From contig OZ244777.1 of the NCBI GenBank assembly GCA_965219495.1, positions 690,837 through 754,836 on the forward strand: a stretch of 64,000 bases of DNA, read 5' to 3'. This DNA is from Rhodobacterales bacterium (GTDB lineage: Bacteria > Pseudomonadota > Alphaproteobacteria > Rhodobacterales > CAZPXZ01). A program made the position numbers and the translations under genes. The notes beneath the pieces were generated by a model that saw only the letters and a program-made list of their open reading frames with translations, did no database searches and was not told where the DNA came from. Below, piece after piece: positions 18,816 through 28,517 of this stretch. Numbering within the stretch: the stretch's first letter is position 1; each line of letters begins with the position of its first letter.

Positions 18816-19745
18816 ATGACCACATCGCCCGAACAAGAGCATGAGATCCGCGCGCAGCGCGAAAGAAAAACGGATACCGCGCGAGTGTGCGTGACGGCGC
18901 TTGACCAGCGTCTCTACGAGGTCTTGCCTGTTCTGGATCACGGTTTTGTCCGTGTCGTCGACTACATGGGAGATGATGGCGCCGTGGTTCAGGCCGCTCG
19001 CGTGTCGTATGGGCAGGGGACCCGTAAGGCGCGGGAAGACGAGAACCTCATCCGTTATCTCATGCGGCATCGCCACTCTACGCCGTTCGAGATGTGCGAA
19101 ATCAAGCTTCATGTGAAACTGCCAATTTTCGTGGCGCGCCAGTGGATTCGTCACCGCACGGCAAATGTCAACGAGTATTCCGCCCGGTACTCCATTCTCG
19201 ACAGCGAGTTCTACGTGCCGACGGCGGAAGACCTTGCCGCACAGTCCGCCATCAACGCGCAAGGACGCGGCGAAGGAATTGAGGGAAGGGAGGCCGACCG
19301 AGTTCTTGAAGTGTTGCGCGAAGGCGGAGCCAGGGCGTACTCGGAATACGAGGAATTGCTGAACGAACGCGGAGGCCAGAAGCTCGATCATTGTCGCAGG
19401 GGAATCGCGCGTGAACTTGCGCGAATTCACCTGCCGCTCGGAGTCTATACGCAGTGGTACTGGAAGACCGACCTCCACAACCTGTTGCATTTCTTGGAGT
19501 TGCGGGGCGATACCCATGCGCAACATGAGATCCGCGTGTACGCCCAAGCGATCGGGAAGATCGTGGAAGCCTGGACGCCAATGGTCTGGCGCGCATTCGT
19601 GGACTATCGCCTCAACGCCGAGACCCTGTCGGGGCCAGCACTTGCTGTGCTTCGGAGAATGCTGGACGGGGAAGAAGTGACGCGCGAAAATTCCGGGATG
19701 TCCATTGGCGAATGGAGGGAATTCCGGAAGGTCTTCTCCGAATGA
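18816..19745 (+). CDS. thyX: FAD-dependent thymidylate synthase
   Basis: The ThyX signature RHRHSTPFE...ARQWIRHRTANVNEYSARYS is present. Confidence 0.9.
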   Translation: MTTSPEQEHEIRAQRERKTDTARVCVTALDQRLYEVLPVLDHGFVRVVDYMGDDGAVVQAARVSYGQGTRKAREDENLIRYLMRHRHSTPFEMCEIKLHVKLPIFVARQWIRHRTANVNEYSARYSILDSEFYVPTAEDLAAQSAINAQGRGEGIEGREADRVLEVLREGGARAYSEYEELLNERGGQKLDHCRRGIARELARIHLPLGVYTQWYWKTDLHNLLHFLELRGDTHAQHEIRVYAQAIGKIVEAWTPMVWRAFVDYRLNAETLSGPALAVLRRMLDGEEVTRENSGMSIGEWREFRKVFSE

Positions 19746-19761
19746 GCTTCACCCGTCCAGG

Positions 19762-20244
19762 TCAGGAGCCGCTTCCCGCGGGAATTGCCGGAACCGCATT
19801 GCGCAGGACAAGCGCGAGGCCGGCGACAACCAGCACAACTCCCAAGATACCCATGGCGCTCATGCGTTCTCCAAGCGCAAATACTGCGAACAGCGTGCTG
19901 AGCAGTACGGTTCCGCCTACGATGATTGCAATCGTCATCCCCGCGTTTGGCCGCGGTTCCATCACTCCGAACACATAGAAATACGCGATCTCAGCGGCGC
20001 CGATGCAAATGCCCGCAAGCGCAGCCCATAGAAATGCGCCGGTTCCCATTCGGAAAACGTGGCCGCCTTCCATCGCCTGCCAACCGAGGAACAGAGCGGA
20101 TGTTCCCAATGCAAATACCTGCAATGTGATCGTCGCGAAAATGGTGGTGCTCGCGATCTCCGGCATGGCGCCGCCCGAGAGGCGAATGCAAACATTGTAG
20201 CCGGCATAGAACACGGTCACCGCGAGAATGAGCCAGACAACCAT
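19762..20244 (-). CDS. small EamA/DMT-superfamily membrane protein
   Basis: 160 aa, 5 hydrophobic helices, and a single-EamA-domain-like pattern. Function unknown. Confidence 0.55.
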   Translation of the reverse strand: MVVWLILAVTVFYAGYNVCIRLSGGAMPEIASTTIFATITLQVFALGTSALFLGWQAMEGGHVFRMGTGAFLWAALAGICIGAAEIAYFYVFGVMEPRPNAGMTIAIIVGGTVLLSTLFAVFALGERMSAMGILGVVLVVAGLALVLRNAVPAIPAGSGS

Positions 20245-20523
20245 GAAACGATCTCCAATCTGCGGAAGGATGCCCGGGATGGTACTGCTTCGCGGGTGCG
20301 CCGGCCACAGAAGCGAGAAATATCAACCAGGCGGGATGCAGAGGGCGCCAAGTCCTGATCATCCGGCAAGAAAGCAGCCGAACGGGCTGGCGAGAATCCG
20401 GGCGGGGGATCTGGTCGCGAACTGGACCGGGCGCTTCTCGCTCCGCTGCGGTTGGTTCCGGCGGACGCGAGGAAATCGCCTACAGCCGCGGTTTCCTCAT
20501 CCGTTCCCTCATCTGGTGCGGGA

Positions 20524-21216
20524 ATGACAGGGGTGATTCGGAATTCCGAAAAGCTGGTTTTTGACCAGCCCGTAACGCTGGTGGGGGCGGGAGCGCTTCG
20601 AAGGAGCACTCTGAAACTTGCGCTTTCGGTCGCGCCGATGGCCGTTGCGGTGGACGGCGGAGCCAACTGCCTGCGGGCCTGGAGCGCCGACGCGGCGGCC
20701 GTTCTCGGGGACTTTGATTCGATTGAAATGCTTGCCTACTGGAAGGAGCGCGGAACGCCGGTCTTTCATATTCCGGAACAGGATACAACCGATCTCGAAA
20801 AATGCATGGAGTTCGTGTCCGCGCCGGCCTACGTCCTTGCGGGATTCTTGGGGAGCCGACTGGACCATTCATTGTCCGCTTTCGGAATCATCGCAGACCG
20901 GACGGACGCCAACCTGATCCTTCTGGGAGGCGCGGATCTTGCATTCGCGCCTCCCCTTCGTTGGTCGGCGAAACTGGTTTCGGGTTCGCGCCTTTCGATG
21001 CATGCGACCCGTCCAGTTCGGATCGTCGAAGGCCGTGGACTGCACTGGCCGCCGGAGGGATTGACGCTGGAACCCGGATCAACCCGCGGGATCGCGAACC
21101 GCGTAACTGGCAGCGAAGTGCAGCTAGCCTTCGACCGAAACGGAGTCATCATTGTCACGGAGCGTTCCGGCCTGCCGGCGATCATGCGTTCCATGCTTCC
21201 CGCAAGTGGAACGTAG
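20524..21216 (+). CDS. thiamine diphosphokinase
   Basis: VAVDGGAN...GDFDS...EQDTTDLEKC...GFLGSRLDHSLS motifs. The start is set at the internal ATG 20524 of the ORF 20452..21216. Confidence 0.7.
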   Translation: MTGVIRNSEKLVFDQPVTLVGAGALRRSTLKLALSVAPMAVAVDGGANCLRAWSADAAAVLGDFDSIEMLAYWKERGTPVFHIPEQDTTDLEKCMEFVSAPAYVLAGFLGSRLDHSLSAFGIIADRTDANLILLGGADLAFAPPLRWSAKLVSGSRLSMHATRPVRIVEGRGLHWPPEGLTLEPGSTRGIANRVTGSEVQLAFDRNGVIIVTERSGLPAIMRSMLPASGT

Positions 21217-21697
21217 TAAGTCCGGCAGTCCGCTTCGCGGATTCATTTATCTTTACAGATTTTTTTGCCTTGCGAGCATCTCTTCCCTACGAAGAAACCC
21301 TCGTTATCGCGTCGACCCGTCCCAACAGCCGCACCCACTCTTATCTGTGGACCGCAAACCCAGCCTTGAAGACTGGCGCGGCCCCTGCGTCAAGGACGCA
21401 ATGGCCGGGATGAAACACTGCAATTCGAGCACGGCATTTCGCAAACACGCCACCCAGCGCGGGAGTTGTCCCTTCATGCGGCAGTGCGCGTCGCGAACCC
21501 TCTTGGCGCGCGCTTCTTTGAGTGAAGCGAAAGGTGTGTTGAGCTGTGCAACAGCTTGCTATTTCCGCTTGACGAAACCACTGCCTTTCTCCACCATGCC
21601 GGACGAGCGCCACGTGGGCGCGTAGCCGTCGCAACCGGAACCTGCCGCCGAAAGGGGACGTGTTTCGGTCAAGACAATTTCAACAGGAGGGCATAAT

Positions 21698-23260
21698 ATG
21701 ACCCAGTCTGAACTAAGAGCGTTCGGCAATCCAAGCCGCCGGCGCTTCATGCAGGGCTCGGCGCTGATCGCCGGCGCTACCGCTTTGCCAGCGGCCGGGC
21801 TCTCTGCCGAGCCCATGCGCGGAGGAACACTCCGCTATGGCTGTGCCCATGGCGCAACCACGGATTCTCTTGACCCGGGAACGTTTGAAAACGACTTCTC
21901 GATTGGATTATCGCATCTCACGCACAACTTCATCTTTGAAATTGGAACGGATTCCGGGCTCCTCCCCGAAGTCGCCGCCAGTTGGGATGTGCTCGAAGGC
22001 GGAAAGGTGTGGTCCATTGAGTTACGCCAGGGAATCGAATTCCATAACGGCAAGACCCTTACCGCCGAAGACGTAATCGCGTCGCTGAACCACCATCGCG
22101 GGGACGAAGCGACATCGGCCATGAAGACGCAAATTTCCACCATCGTGGACATGCAGGCGGATGGTCCCAATCGAGTGATCCTCACTCTCGATGCCCCGAA
22201 CGTGGATTACGGTTATGTTCTTGCCGACTACCACATTCCGATCATGCCCTCCAAGGACGGGATGGCAGAGATCGACTCCGGTATCGGATGCGGACCCTAT
22301 GTCTTGGACGACTTCGATCCCGGCGTGCGCTACACGGGAAGCCGCAATCCCAATTATCACAAGTCGGACCGTGCGCATTTCGACGCCATCGAGATGCTGT
22401 CGATCGTCGACCCTGCGGCGCGTACAAATGCGCTCACTTCCGGTGACATCGATGCGATGGGACGTGTTGACCTCAAGACGGTTCACCTCCTGGAACGGAA
22501 CAACTCAATCGATATCAAGTCGGTTGCGGGCTTCCAGCACTACACATTCCCGATGCGCACCGATACACCGCCATTCGACAACAACCATGTCCGATTAGCT
22601 TTGAAATTCGTAATTGACCGGCAGGAAATTGTTGAAAAGATCCTGCGCGGATACGGAACTGTCGGCAACGATCATCCGATTAGTCCGGCCGTCGCATTTT
22701 TCAATGCTGAACTGCCAATTCGCGAATACGATCCGGAACAGGCGAAGTGGCACCTGCAGCAGGCGGGAATGACCAGTATCAAGGTGCAGTTAAGTGCGGC
22801 GGATGCGGCGTTTGTCGGAGCCGTGGATGCATCGGTTCTCATTGCCGAGAGCGCAAAGGCGGCAGGAATCGACATCGAAGTCATTCGCGAACCGAACGAT
22901 GGATACTGGGACAATGTGTGGCTTCAGAAGCCTTGGTGCGCCTGCTACTGGGGCGGACGCGTGACGCCGGACGCGATGTTCTCCGTCGCGTATGCGGCAG
23001 GCTCGAACTGGAACGACACCTATTGGGAACACGATCGTTTCAACGAGCTCCTGGTGCAGGGAAGGGCCGAAACCGATAACGCCCTCCGGGCAGAAATCTA
23101 CGGCGAAATGCAACAGATTGTCCGCGATGAGGGTGGGGTTGTCGTACCCATGTTCACGAACCACGTGTACGCCACAAGCAAGAACGTCATGCACGGCGAG
23201 CTCGCGCCGAACTGGGATATGGACGGCCAGCGCTTTGGCGAACGCTGGTGGTTTGGCTGA
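21698..23260 (+). CDS. ABC transporter substrate-binding protein, family 5 (peptide/nickel, DppA-like) with a Tat-type signal
   Basis: SRRRFMQGSALIAGATALPAAGLSA is a twin-arginine signal. The body is family-5 SBP (RYGCAHGATTDSLDP, WEHDRFNELL). No intact permease or ATPase genes follow it. Confidence 0.85.
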   Translation: MTQSELRAFGNPSRRRFMQGSALIAGATALPAAGLSAEPMRGGTLRYGCAHGATTDSLDPGTFENDFSIGLSHLTHNFIFEIGTDSGLLPEVAASWDVLEGGKVWSIELRQGIEFHNGKTLTAEDVIASLNHHRGDEATSAMKTQISTIVDMQADGPNRVILTLDAPNVDYGYVLADYHIPIMPSKDGMAEIDSGIGCGPYVLDDFDPGVRYTGSRNPNYHKSDRAHFDAIEMLSIVDPAARTNALTSGDIDAMGRVDLKTVHLLERNNSIDIKSVAGFQHYTFPMRTDTPPFDNNHVRLALKFVIDRQEIVEKILRGYGTVGNDHPISPAVAFFNAELPIREYDPEQAKWHLQQAGMTSIKVQLSAADAAFVGAVDASVLIAESAKAAGIDIEVIREPNDGYWDNVWLQKPWCACYWGGRVTPDAMFSVAYAAGSNWNDTYWEHDRFNELLVQGRAETDNALRAEIYGEMQQIVRDEGGVVVPMFTNHVYATSKNVMHGELAPNWDMDGQRFGERWWFG

Positions 23261-23272
23261 TCAAGAAGCGTT

Positions 23273-23297
23273 CAGGGCGGGCCAACGGCCCGCCCTG
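23273..23297 (+). terminator. candidate intrinsic terminator hairpin after the SBP gene
   Basis: CAGGGCGGGCC-AAC-GGCCCGCCCTG has a perfect 11-bp GC-rich stem, 13 nt after the stop. No clear U-tract follows. Confidence 0.35.
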
Positions 23298-23510
23298 TCG
23301 TGAACTACACAGGTAGTACCTGAAACCTCGGGAAAATAGTTTTAAATAGGGATCTCTTGGCGGGGTGCCTGAAGGTGTTGCTGGATCGTTAGATCAGAAG
23401 GGGGTTCCGGGGGGATATTCCCGCTAAAATTACCAGAAAGGCCTGGTTGGAGGCGAAGACTGAAACCCGATCATCAGGCTAGAGAAGTACAGGGACAAAG
23501 AACCAGGATC

Positions 23511-23729
23511 ATGTCCCATCCCTGTGCTCTTGACGCTCTTGCGGCCGCCCGCCGCCTCGAACAAGCCGAGTTTGACCGCAAGCAGGCGGAAGCGGCCGCT
23601 TCCGAAATGCGTAGCGTCGCCACTGCCGATACCGAGCACCTGGCTACCAAGGCCGATCACTACCAGACCGCTCTTGCGATCGTACTCGCGAATGCCGCAA
23701 TCACGTTTGGCCTGATCAAACTGATTTGA
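23511..23729 (+). CDS. hypothetical small coiled-coil/TM protein (DUF1640-like)
   Basis: ALDALAAARRLEQAEFDRKQAEAAASEM...LATKAD... followed by a C-terminal hydrophobic tail AIVLANAAITFGLIKLI. Weak resemblance only. Confidence 0.3.
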   Translation: MSHPCALDALAAARRLEQAEFDRKQAEAAASEMRSVATADTEHLATKADHYQTALAIVLANAAITFGLIKLI

Positions 23730-24571
23730 ACCGTGCCATACTGCGCCGCCTATCTTGCCGCTTGTCTTCTCTGTCTTCCCGGGATGGCCGCCGCGCAATC
23801 CGACAGTTCCTCGTCGATTGTGTGGAGCGAAGCGGAAACCCTGACCGGGCTCTCAGGTTTCGACGTGTTATCCACCTATCGGAACCCAAGACCGAAGGCT
23901 TAACGGAGGAGATACTGCAAAATTTGGCGGAATTGGAGTTGCGGCGCAATGCAGTTCCAGTCCACCAATCCAACGCAGGCATCGGGATAGCGTTGCGCGT
24001 ATCTGTGAATCTTCTTCCGCTTGAGCATCAACCCTCAACAATTTGCGTGATCCAAGCGTAATTTCAACTATGGGTCAAGCTCCTTCTCGATGTCGATCCA
24101 GCGAACCGTCACACGTTTGCAATTACTTGGAACAAATCTAAAGTCGGCCTCTCTCCAAACAACAACTTGGCAAACGTATTGCGACAGGTCGTCCTGGAAT
24201 CGATTGATGAGTTTTCTCTCGACCACTTGCGGGCCAACACCCCCGATCCCTGAGCGTCAGCAAGTCGCGCACCATGCGCTTACTCGGTGGGCAGTCGTTC
24301 GCCGATCTGCCATGCTGACACCCGCAAGCATTCCAAGATTTATTGCAAATTCAGCCACGGACGCCGCGACCCGCGCCAGAATGGCCCTCAATAAGCGCAA
24401 TAGCTCGCATGGAGTAGCCGCCCGTAGCCTGACGATCTCTCGAAATTGCTTAGAATCGCCCCCAGAAACCGCCGGGAGCGCGGAATCGCGGTATTCTGCC
24501 CCCACCACAACGGCACTCTTGACAAACAGGCCTCTGCGGGCCGCTAAATCGCCGCTCCGGCAAATGCGAAT

Positions 24572-24952
24572 TCACCGTTCGAAGCCTCGATCCCTCCTGC
24601 GTTGCGCCTGGCCTGCCCGCTCGTCCTGTGCCACGTGCATCCGTTTGGTTTCCATCTGTTTTTCCCATTGATAGTTACTAGCCCCCATTTCCTTTCTCTC
24701 AGCTACCTCCTTGGTCATTTCGTCTCCATACGCCGGCTTCATCTCCCGCCGGATGAACTCCACGAACCGATCCAGAGGTATGCGCTTGGTCTGGAGGAAT
24801 TTGCCTACATTCACCAACGCCCTTCCGAGCTCTAGCCCGAGTTTACCGAGTTCAGACCGGATTGAAGGCGTAGCACTCGGTAGGGATCGGCGGTTTGTTG
24901 TCGTATCGTTTTGCATTGAATGAGTTTTTTCGAGCGTCCGAAGGGCTGCCAT
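24572..24952 (-). CDS. hypothetical protein
   Basis: A 126-aa ORF with no recognisable motif. Its start abuts or overlaps the left end of the IS1634-family element. Confidence 0.25.
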   Translation of the reverse strand: MAALRTLEKTHSMQNDTTTNRRSLPSATPSIRSELGKLGLELGRALVNVGKFLQTKRIPLDRFVEFIRREMKPAYGDEMTKEVAERKEMGASNYQWEKQMETKRMHVAQDERAGQAQRRRDRGFER

Positions 24953-24974
24953 GCCGCGTGCACGGACGAGCGGG

Positions 24975-26781
24975 TGTATGACCTAAGCGGTGCGGAATCG
25001 CTCGAGGTTCAGGCTGTCATAGAGGGCCTTTTCGGTTTCTGACATTTGTGACAGGGTGATTTCGATCGCGGGGGTCTTGCGCTTGCGAAGGGTGGTTTGC
25101 AGAACGCCGACCTCTCGAATGTTGGCGAGGGTGTCGAGCAGGCTCGCGCCGGAGAGGTCGAAGCCACGCTGTCGGGTTTCGCGTTGCAGGAGGGAGCACA
25201 GCATCAGGGCAAGCACACAGCAGCATACGTGGACCCGGATTTTCTGGTCGGTCCAATGGTATTGCGGTCGGATGGCGATATGGCTGGTGTCCTTCCTGTT
25301 CTGGAATGCGTGTTCGACGTGGTGCTGCGCCCGGTAGCCACGGACGATTTCCAGGTCGTTCCAGTGGTGGTTGTCCGTGAAGATCAGGGTTTTGCCGAGC
25401 AGCGTGTCCTGCAGCTTCTTCCAGGCTTTCCGGTCGAAGCGGAATGTCAGTCTTGGAGCCGGGTCGCCGGGTTCGAGCTGGAACCGGAACAAGTCGGCCA
25501 TGTGCCGGGCGCCGAGCCATCCTTCGATCTTCTTCCGCGTGCCTTCGAGGGTTGGCGGCCTCCCCTTGCGGATGGCGCCCTTGCGCCACTGCTGGAGTCG
25601 CCGCTGCAGCTCGCGCAGGCACTGGCGACGCTTGGCGATCTCCCGTAGCAGGGTGGCGGTCTGGGCATCGAACAGGTTCTGGTTCCATGTGACCAGAACG
25701 GTGCGCTCGGCACCGTAAACGGTGCGCAAGGTCCGCCAGACCTTCACGCCTTCGATCCCGTCGAGGGGTTGCAGGCGGCGGTTCGGGGTCGCCAGCAACT
25801 CGGGGTGCTGCGTGGGCGCGAGGGAGCCGACGAAGTGGTAGGGGCTCCCCTCGAGTGCGACGAGATTGGCGGCCGAGTTGTTCCCCTTGTCCAGAACCAG
25901 TGTGATGTCCTCGCTGCGGAGGGCGAACAACTCTCGCCAGCGGGCCGCAAGAGCGTCGAGAAGGCTGGAGAAGGTCGGGGCGTCCGGCTGGTTTCCCGGA
26001 TAGACGCTGTGCAGCAGGGGCAGGTGGCTGTCGGCAGCCACCAGCAGGGCAAGGCCGACGATGCGTAGCGACTTGCGTCCCTCCTTGCTGTGGCCGCGCT
26101 GTGCGAGGGGGGCCCTGTCGTTGAAGCTGTCGATGAAAGTGAAGAAGTTGGTGGCATCGTACAGTACCTGCCGCAGATCTACTGCAAACCGGTCGATCAT
26201 CGTTGCGACGATGTCGCGCTCGATGTCGGCAATGGCGGCCTCCGGGACCCGGTTCATGTTGTCCCAGAATCGCTGGCTGGTGAGTTGCCGCGCCTGAACG
26301 CCCAACCAATGCGGCAGGATGGTACCCTCGAACCAGTCAGCGATGCTGGCTTTCGAGCAGGGGGCCACACAACGGTTGAGGATGGCGATCAGCAGATAGG
26401 TGCCGACGGAGACTTCGCCGGCACGCTTGGGGACATGCCGATCAATGTGTTCCACGATGCGCAACTGACATGCGATGTCATACAGCGCCGCAATCGCGCC
26501 GAATTCCCGGACGATGGCGTGTTCAGGCTTGATCCCTTGCACGGCCTGAACAATGTCCTCGGCGCGCCCCAGGTATTTCTGCCAGACGATCCTGGGCTTG
26601 CCATTGACGCGTTTGCACTGCCGCGCGTAGTAGTAGGCGTTGCCGTTGATGGATTTCTTGACGATGCTCACCATGACTTAGGTCATACATTGCTCTTTCA
26701 GTGCACAAATTGTAGCACATAATCTCCTTTCATACAATAAGTTACGGCTATCCTCGGTTGATCACTATATTAGGTCATACA
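24975..26781 (-). mobile_element. IS1634-family insertion sequence (IS4-related), apparently intact
   Basis: A perfect 12-bp IR core TGTATGACCTAA lies at 24975-24986, paired with 26770-26781. Weaker inverted similarity continues outward to about 24944 and 26816, so the true ends may lie there. Confidence 0.75.
24983..26674 (-). CDS. IS1634-family transposase (563 aa)
   Basis: MVSIVKKSINGNAYYYARQCKRVNGKPRIVWQKYLG (typical N-terminus), LYDATNFFTFI, RGHSKEGR..LRIVGLALLV, VLDKGNNS, IEHAF motifs. The frame is uninterrupted. Confidence 0.85.
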   Translation of the reverse strand: MVSIVKKSINGNAYYYARQCKRVNGKPRIVWQKYLGRAEDIVQAVQGIKPEHAIVREFGAIAALYDIACQLRIVEHIDRHVPKRAGEVSVGTYLLIAILNRCVAPCSKASIADWFEGTILPHWLGVQARQLTSQRFWDNMNRVPEAAIADIERDIVATMIDRFAVDLRQVLYDATNFFTFIDSFNDRAPLAQRGHSKEGRKSLRIVGLALLVAADSHLPLLHSVYPGNQPDAPTFSSLLDALAARWRELFALRSEDITLVLDKGNNSAANLVALEGSPYHFVGSLAPTQHPELLATPNRRLQPLDGIEGVKVWRTLRTVYGAERTVLVTWNQNLFDAQTATLLREIAKRRQCLRELQRRLQQWRKGAIRKGRPPTLEGTRKKIEGWLGARHMADLFRFQLEPGDPAPRLTFRFDRKAWKKLQDTLLGKTLIFTDNHHWNDLEIVRGYRAQHHVEHAFQNRKDTSHIAIRPQYHWTDQKIRVHVCCCVLALMLCSLLQRETRQRGFDLSGASLLDTLANIREVGVLQTTLRKRKTPAIEITLSQMSETEKALYDSLNLERFRTA

Positions 26782-27378
26782 TTTTCGCTGTGCCGTGCCT
26801 GCTCGCCTGGCATCCATCGCAGGGGGAAACACGCGCAGAATCAACGGGTTACGAAACAGGCGATCACAGTGGAAAATGCCGTTCCGGCGCCATACCGGCC
26901 CGAACTCGGTAAACTCGGGCTAGCGCCTCTCTAAGGAACTTCCCCTGAACTTGCCTGTGCCACGTGCCCGCTGCAGATAGAACTACATGCGCCTGATCGC
27001 GTTCAGCGCGAACTTCGTCCCGGTCCCGACACGTCTGGTCTCGCTTCGGCTCCTCAATCTCACGCAACCGCGCCGACCGGTTCCAAATATAGGTGTCCAT
27101 TGTACAGAGCCTTACTTGGAATTCGCGATTTCATTTCAGACATATAACGCATTTGCAATTATGAAGCTGATCCCATTCCGTCCCTCTTCCATTCTCAATG
27201 GAGGCGATGGGCAGTAAAAGGACATCGGCCAACCGCAAGAGTCACAACAGAACAAATCGAATCCCCGACCACTTGATACGAGAGGGCGAGGGACCAATGC
27301 TGTAACCCGCTGATGCGCATTGCGTTTGCCGCCAGCAGGGCGTATCACCCGAAGGCGAACAGACCAAGGAGAAACACC

Positions 27379-28488
27379 ATGGAGAGCCGCGCCGCAGTGG
27401 CGGTTGCCGCAGGCAAGCCACTTGAGATCACGACCGTCGAACTCGAAGGCCCCAAGCAAGGAGAGGTGCTCGTTGAAATTCACGCGACGGGCATCTGCCA
27501 TACCGACGAATTCACCCTGTCAGGCGCCGACCCGGAGGGAGCGTTTCCCGCCATTCTCGGACACGAAGGAGCCGGCGTTGTCGTAGACATCGGTTCCGGG
27601 GTGACTTCGGTGGCACCGGGGGACCATGTGATTCCGCTCTACACGCCGGAATGCCGTGAGTGCGAGTATTGCCTTCACCCAAAGACCAATCTCTGTCAGG
27701 CGATTCGCGAGACTCAGGGCAGGGGAGTCATGCCGGACGGCACATCGCGGTTTTCCACCAACGGTGAAACCATCCTGCACTACATGGGCACCTCCACCTT
27801 CTCAAATTTTACGGTGCTTCCGGAAATCGCAGTTGCAAGAATTCGCAAGGACGCTCCGTTCGAAAAGGTTTGCTACATCGGCTGCGGTGTAACCACCGGT
27901 CTTGGCGCGGTCATGACAACCGCCAAGGTCGAGCCCGGTTCCCGATGCGTCGTGTTCGGCCTCGGGGGTATCGGACTGAACGTAATCCAGGGCCTCCGCC
28001 TAGTTGGCGCGCGTCAGATCGTGGGAGTGGACATCAATCCTGGTAAACGGCAAATGGCCGAGCAGTTCGGAATGACGGAATTTGTGAATCCAAATGAGGC
28101 GGAAGGTGATCTTGTCTCCTACATCGTGAACCAAACTCGGGGAGGAGCCGACTACTCGTTTGACTGCACCGGAAACGTGGAAGTCATGCGCGCGGCGCTC
28201 GAAAGCTGTCACAAGGGTTGGGGCGAATCCGTGATTATCGGAGTCGCGCCGGCAGGAGCGGAGATTGCGACCCGGCCTTTCCAATTGGTCACTGGACGGG
28301 TCTGGCGTGGCACTGCTTTCGGCGGCGCGAGGGGGCGTACGGACGTACCGAAGATCGTTGACTGGTATATGGAAGGGAAAATCGAAATTGACCCGATGAT
28401 AACCCACACCATGCCCCTGGATGACATCAACAGCGCGTTTGACTTGATGCATGCGGGCGAGAGTATTCGCAGCGTCGTCCTGTATTGA
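27379..28488 (+). CDS. adhC: S-(hydroxymethyl)glutathione dehydrogenase / class III alcohol dehydrogenase
   Basis: [41 protein letters not shown]...[15 protein letters not shown]...[10 protein letters not shown]. The start is ATG 27379 after AAGGAGA. Confidence 0.9.
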   Translation: MESRAAVAVAAGKPLEITTVELEGPKQGEVLVEIHATGICHTDEFTLSGADPEGAFPAILGHEGAGVVVDIGSGVTSVAPGDHVIPLYTPECRECEYCLHPKTNLCQAIRETQGRGVMPDGTSRFSTNGETILHYMGTSTFSNFTVLPEIAVARIRKDAPFEKVCYIGCGVTTGLGAVMTTAKVEPGSRCVVFGLGGIGLNVIQGLRLVGARQIVGVDINPGKRQMAEQFGMTEFVNPNEAEGDLVSYIVNQTRGGADYSFDCTGNVEVMRAALESCHKGWGESVIIGVAPAGAEIATRPFQLVTGRVWRGTAFGGARGRTDVPKIVDWYMEGKIEIDPMITHTMPLDDINSAFDLMHAGESIRSVVLY

Positions 28489-28517
28489 ATCAACACGACT
28501 TAGAGGCAAGAAACATC

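Noticed and set aside
26864-27501. The ORFs 26864..27100 (-) and 27136..27501 (-) as a possible regulator (for example FrmR) of adhC.
   Set aside because: Neither has a recognisable DNA-binding or metal-sensor motif. The second overlaps the adhC start in antisense, so they are probably not genes.
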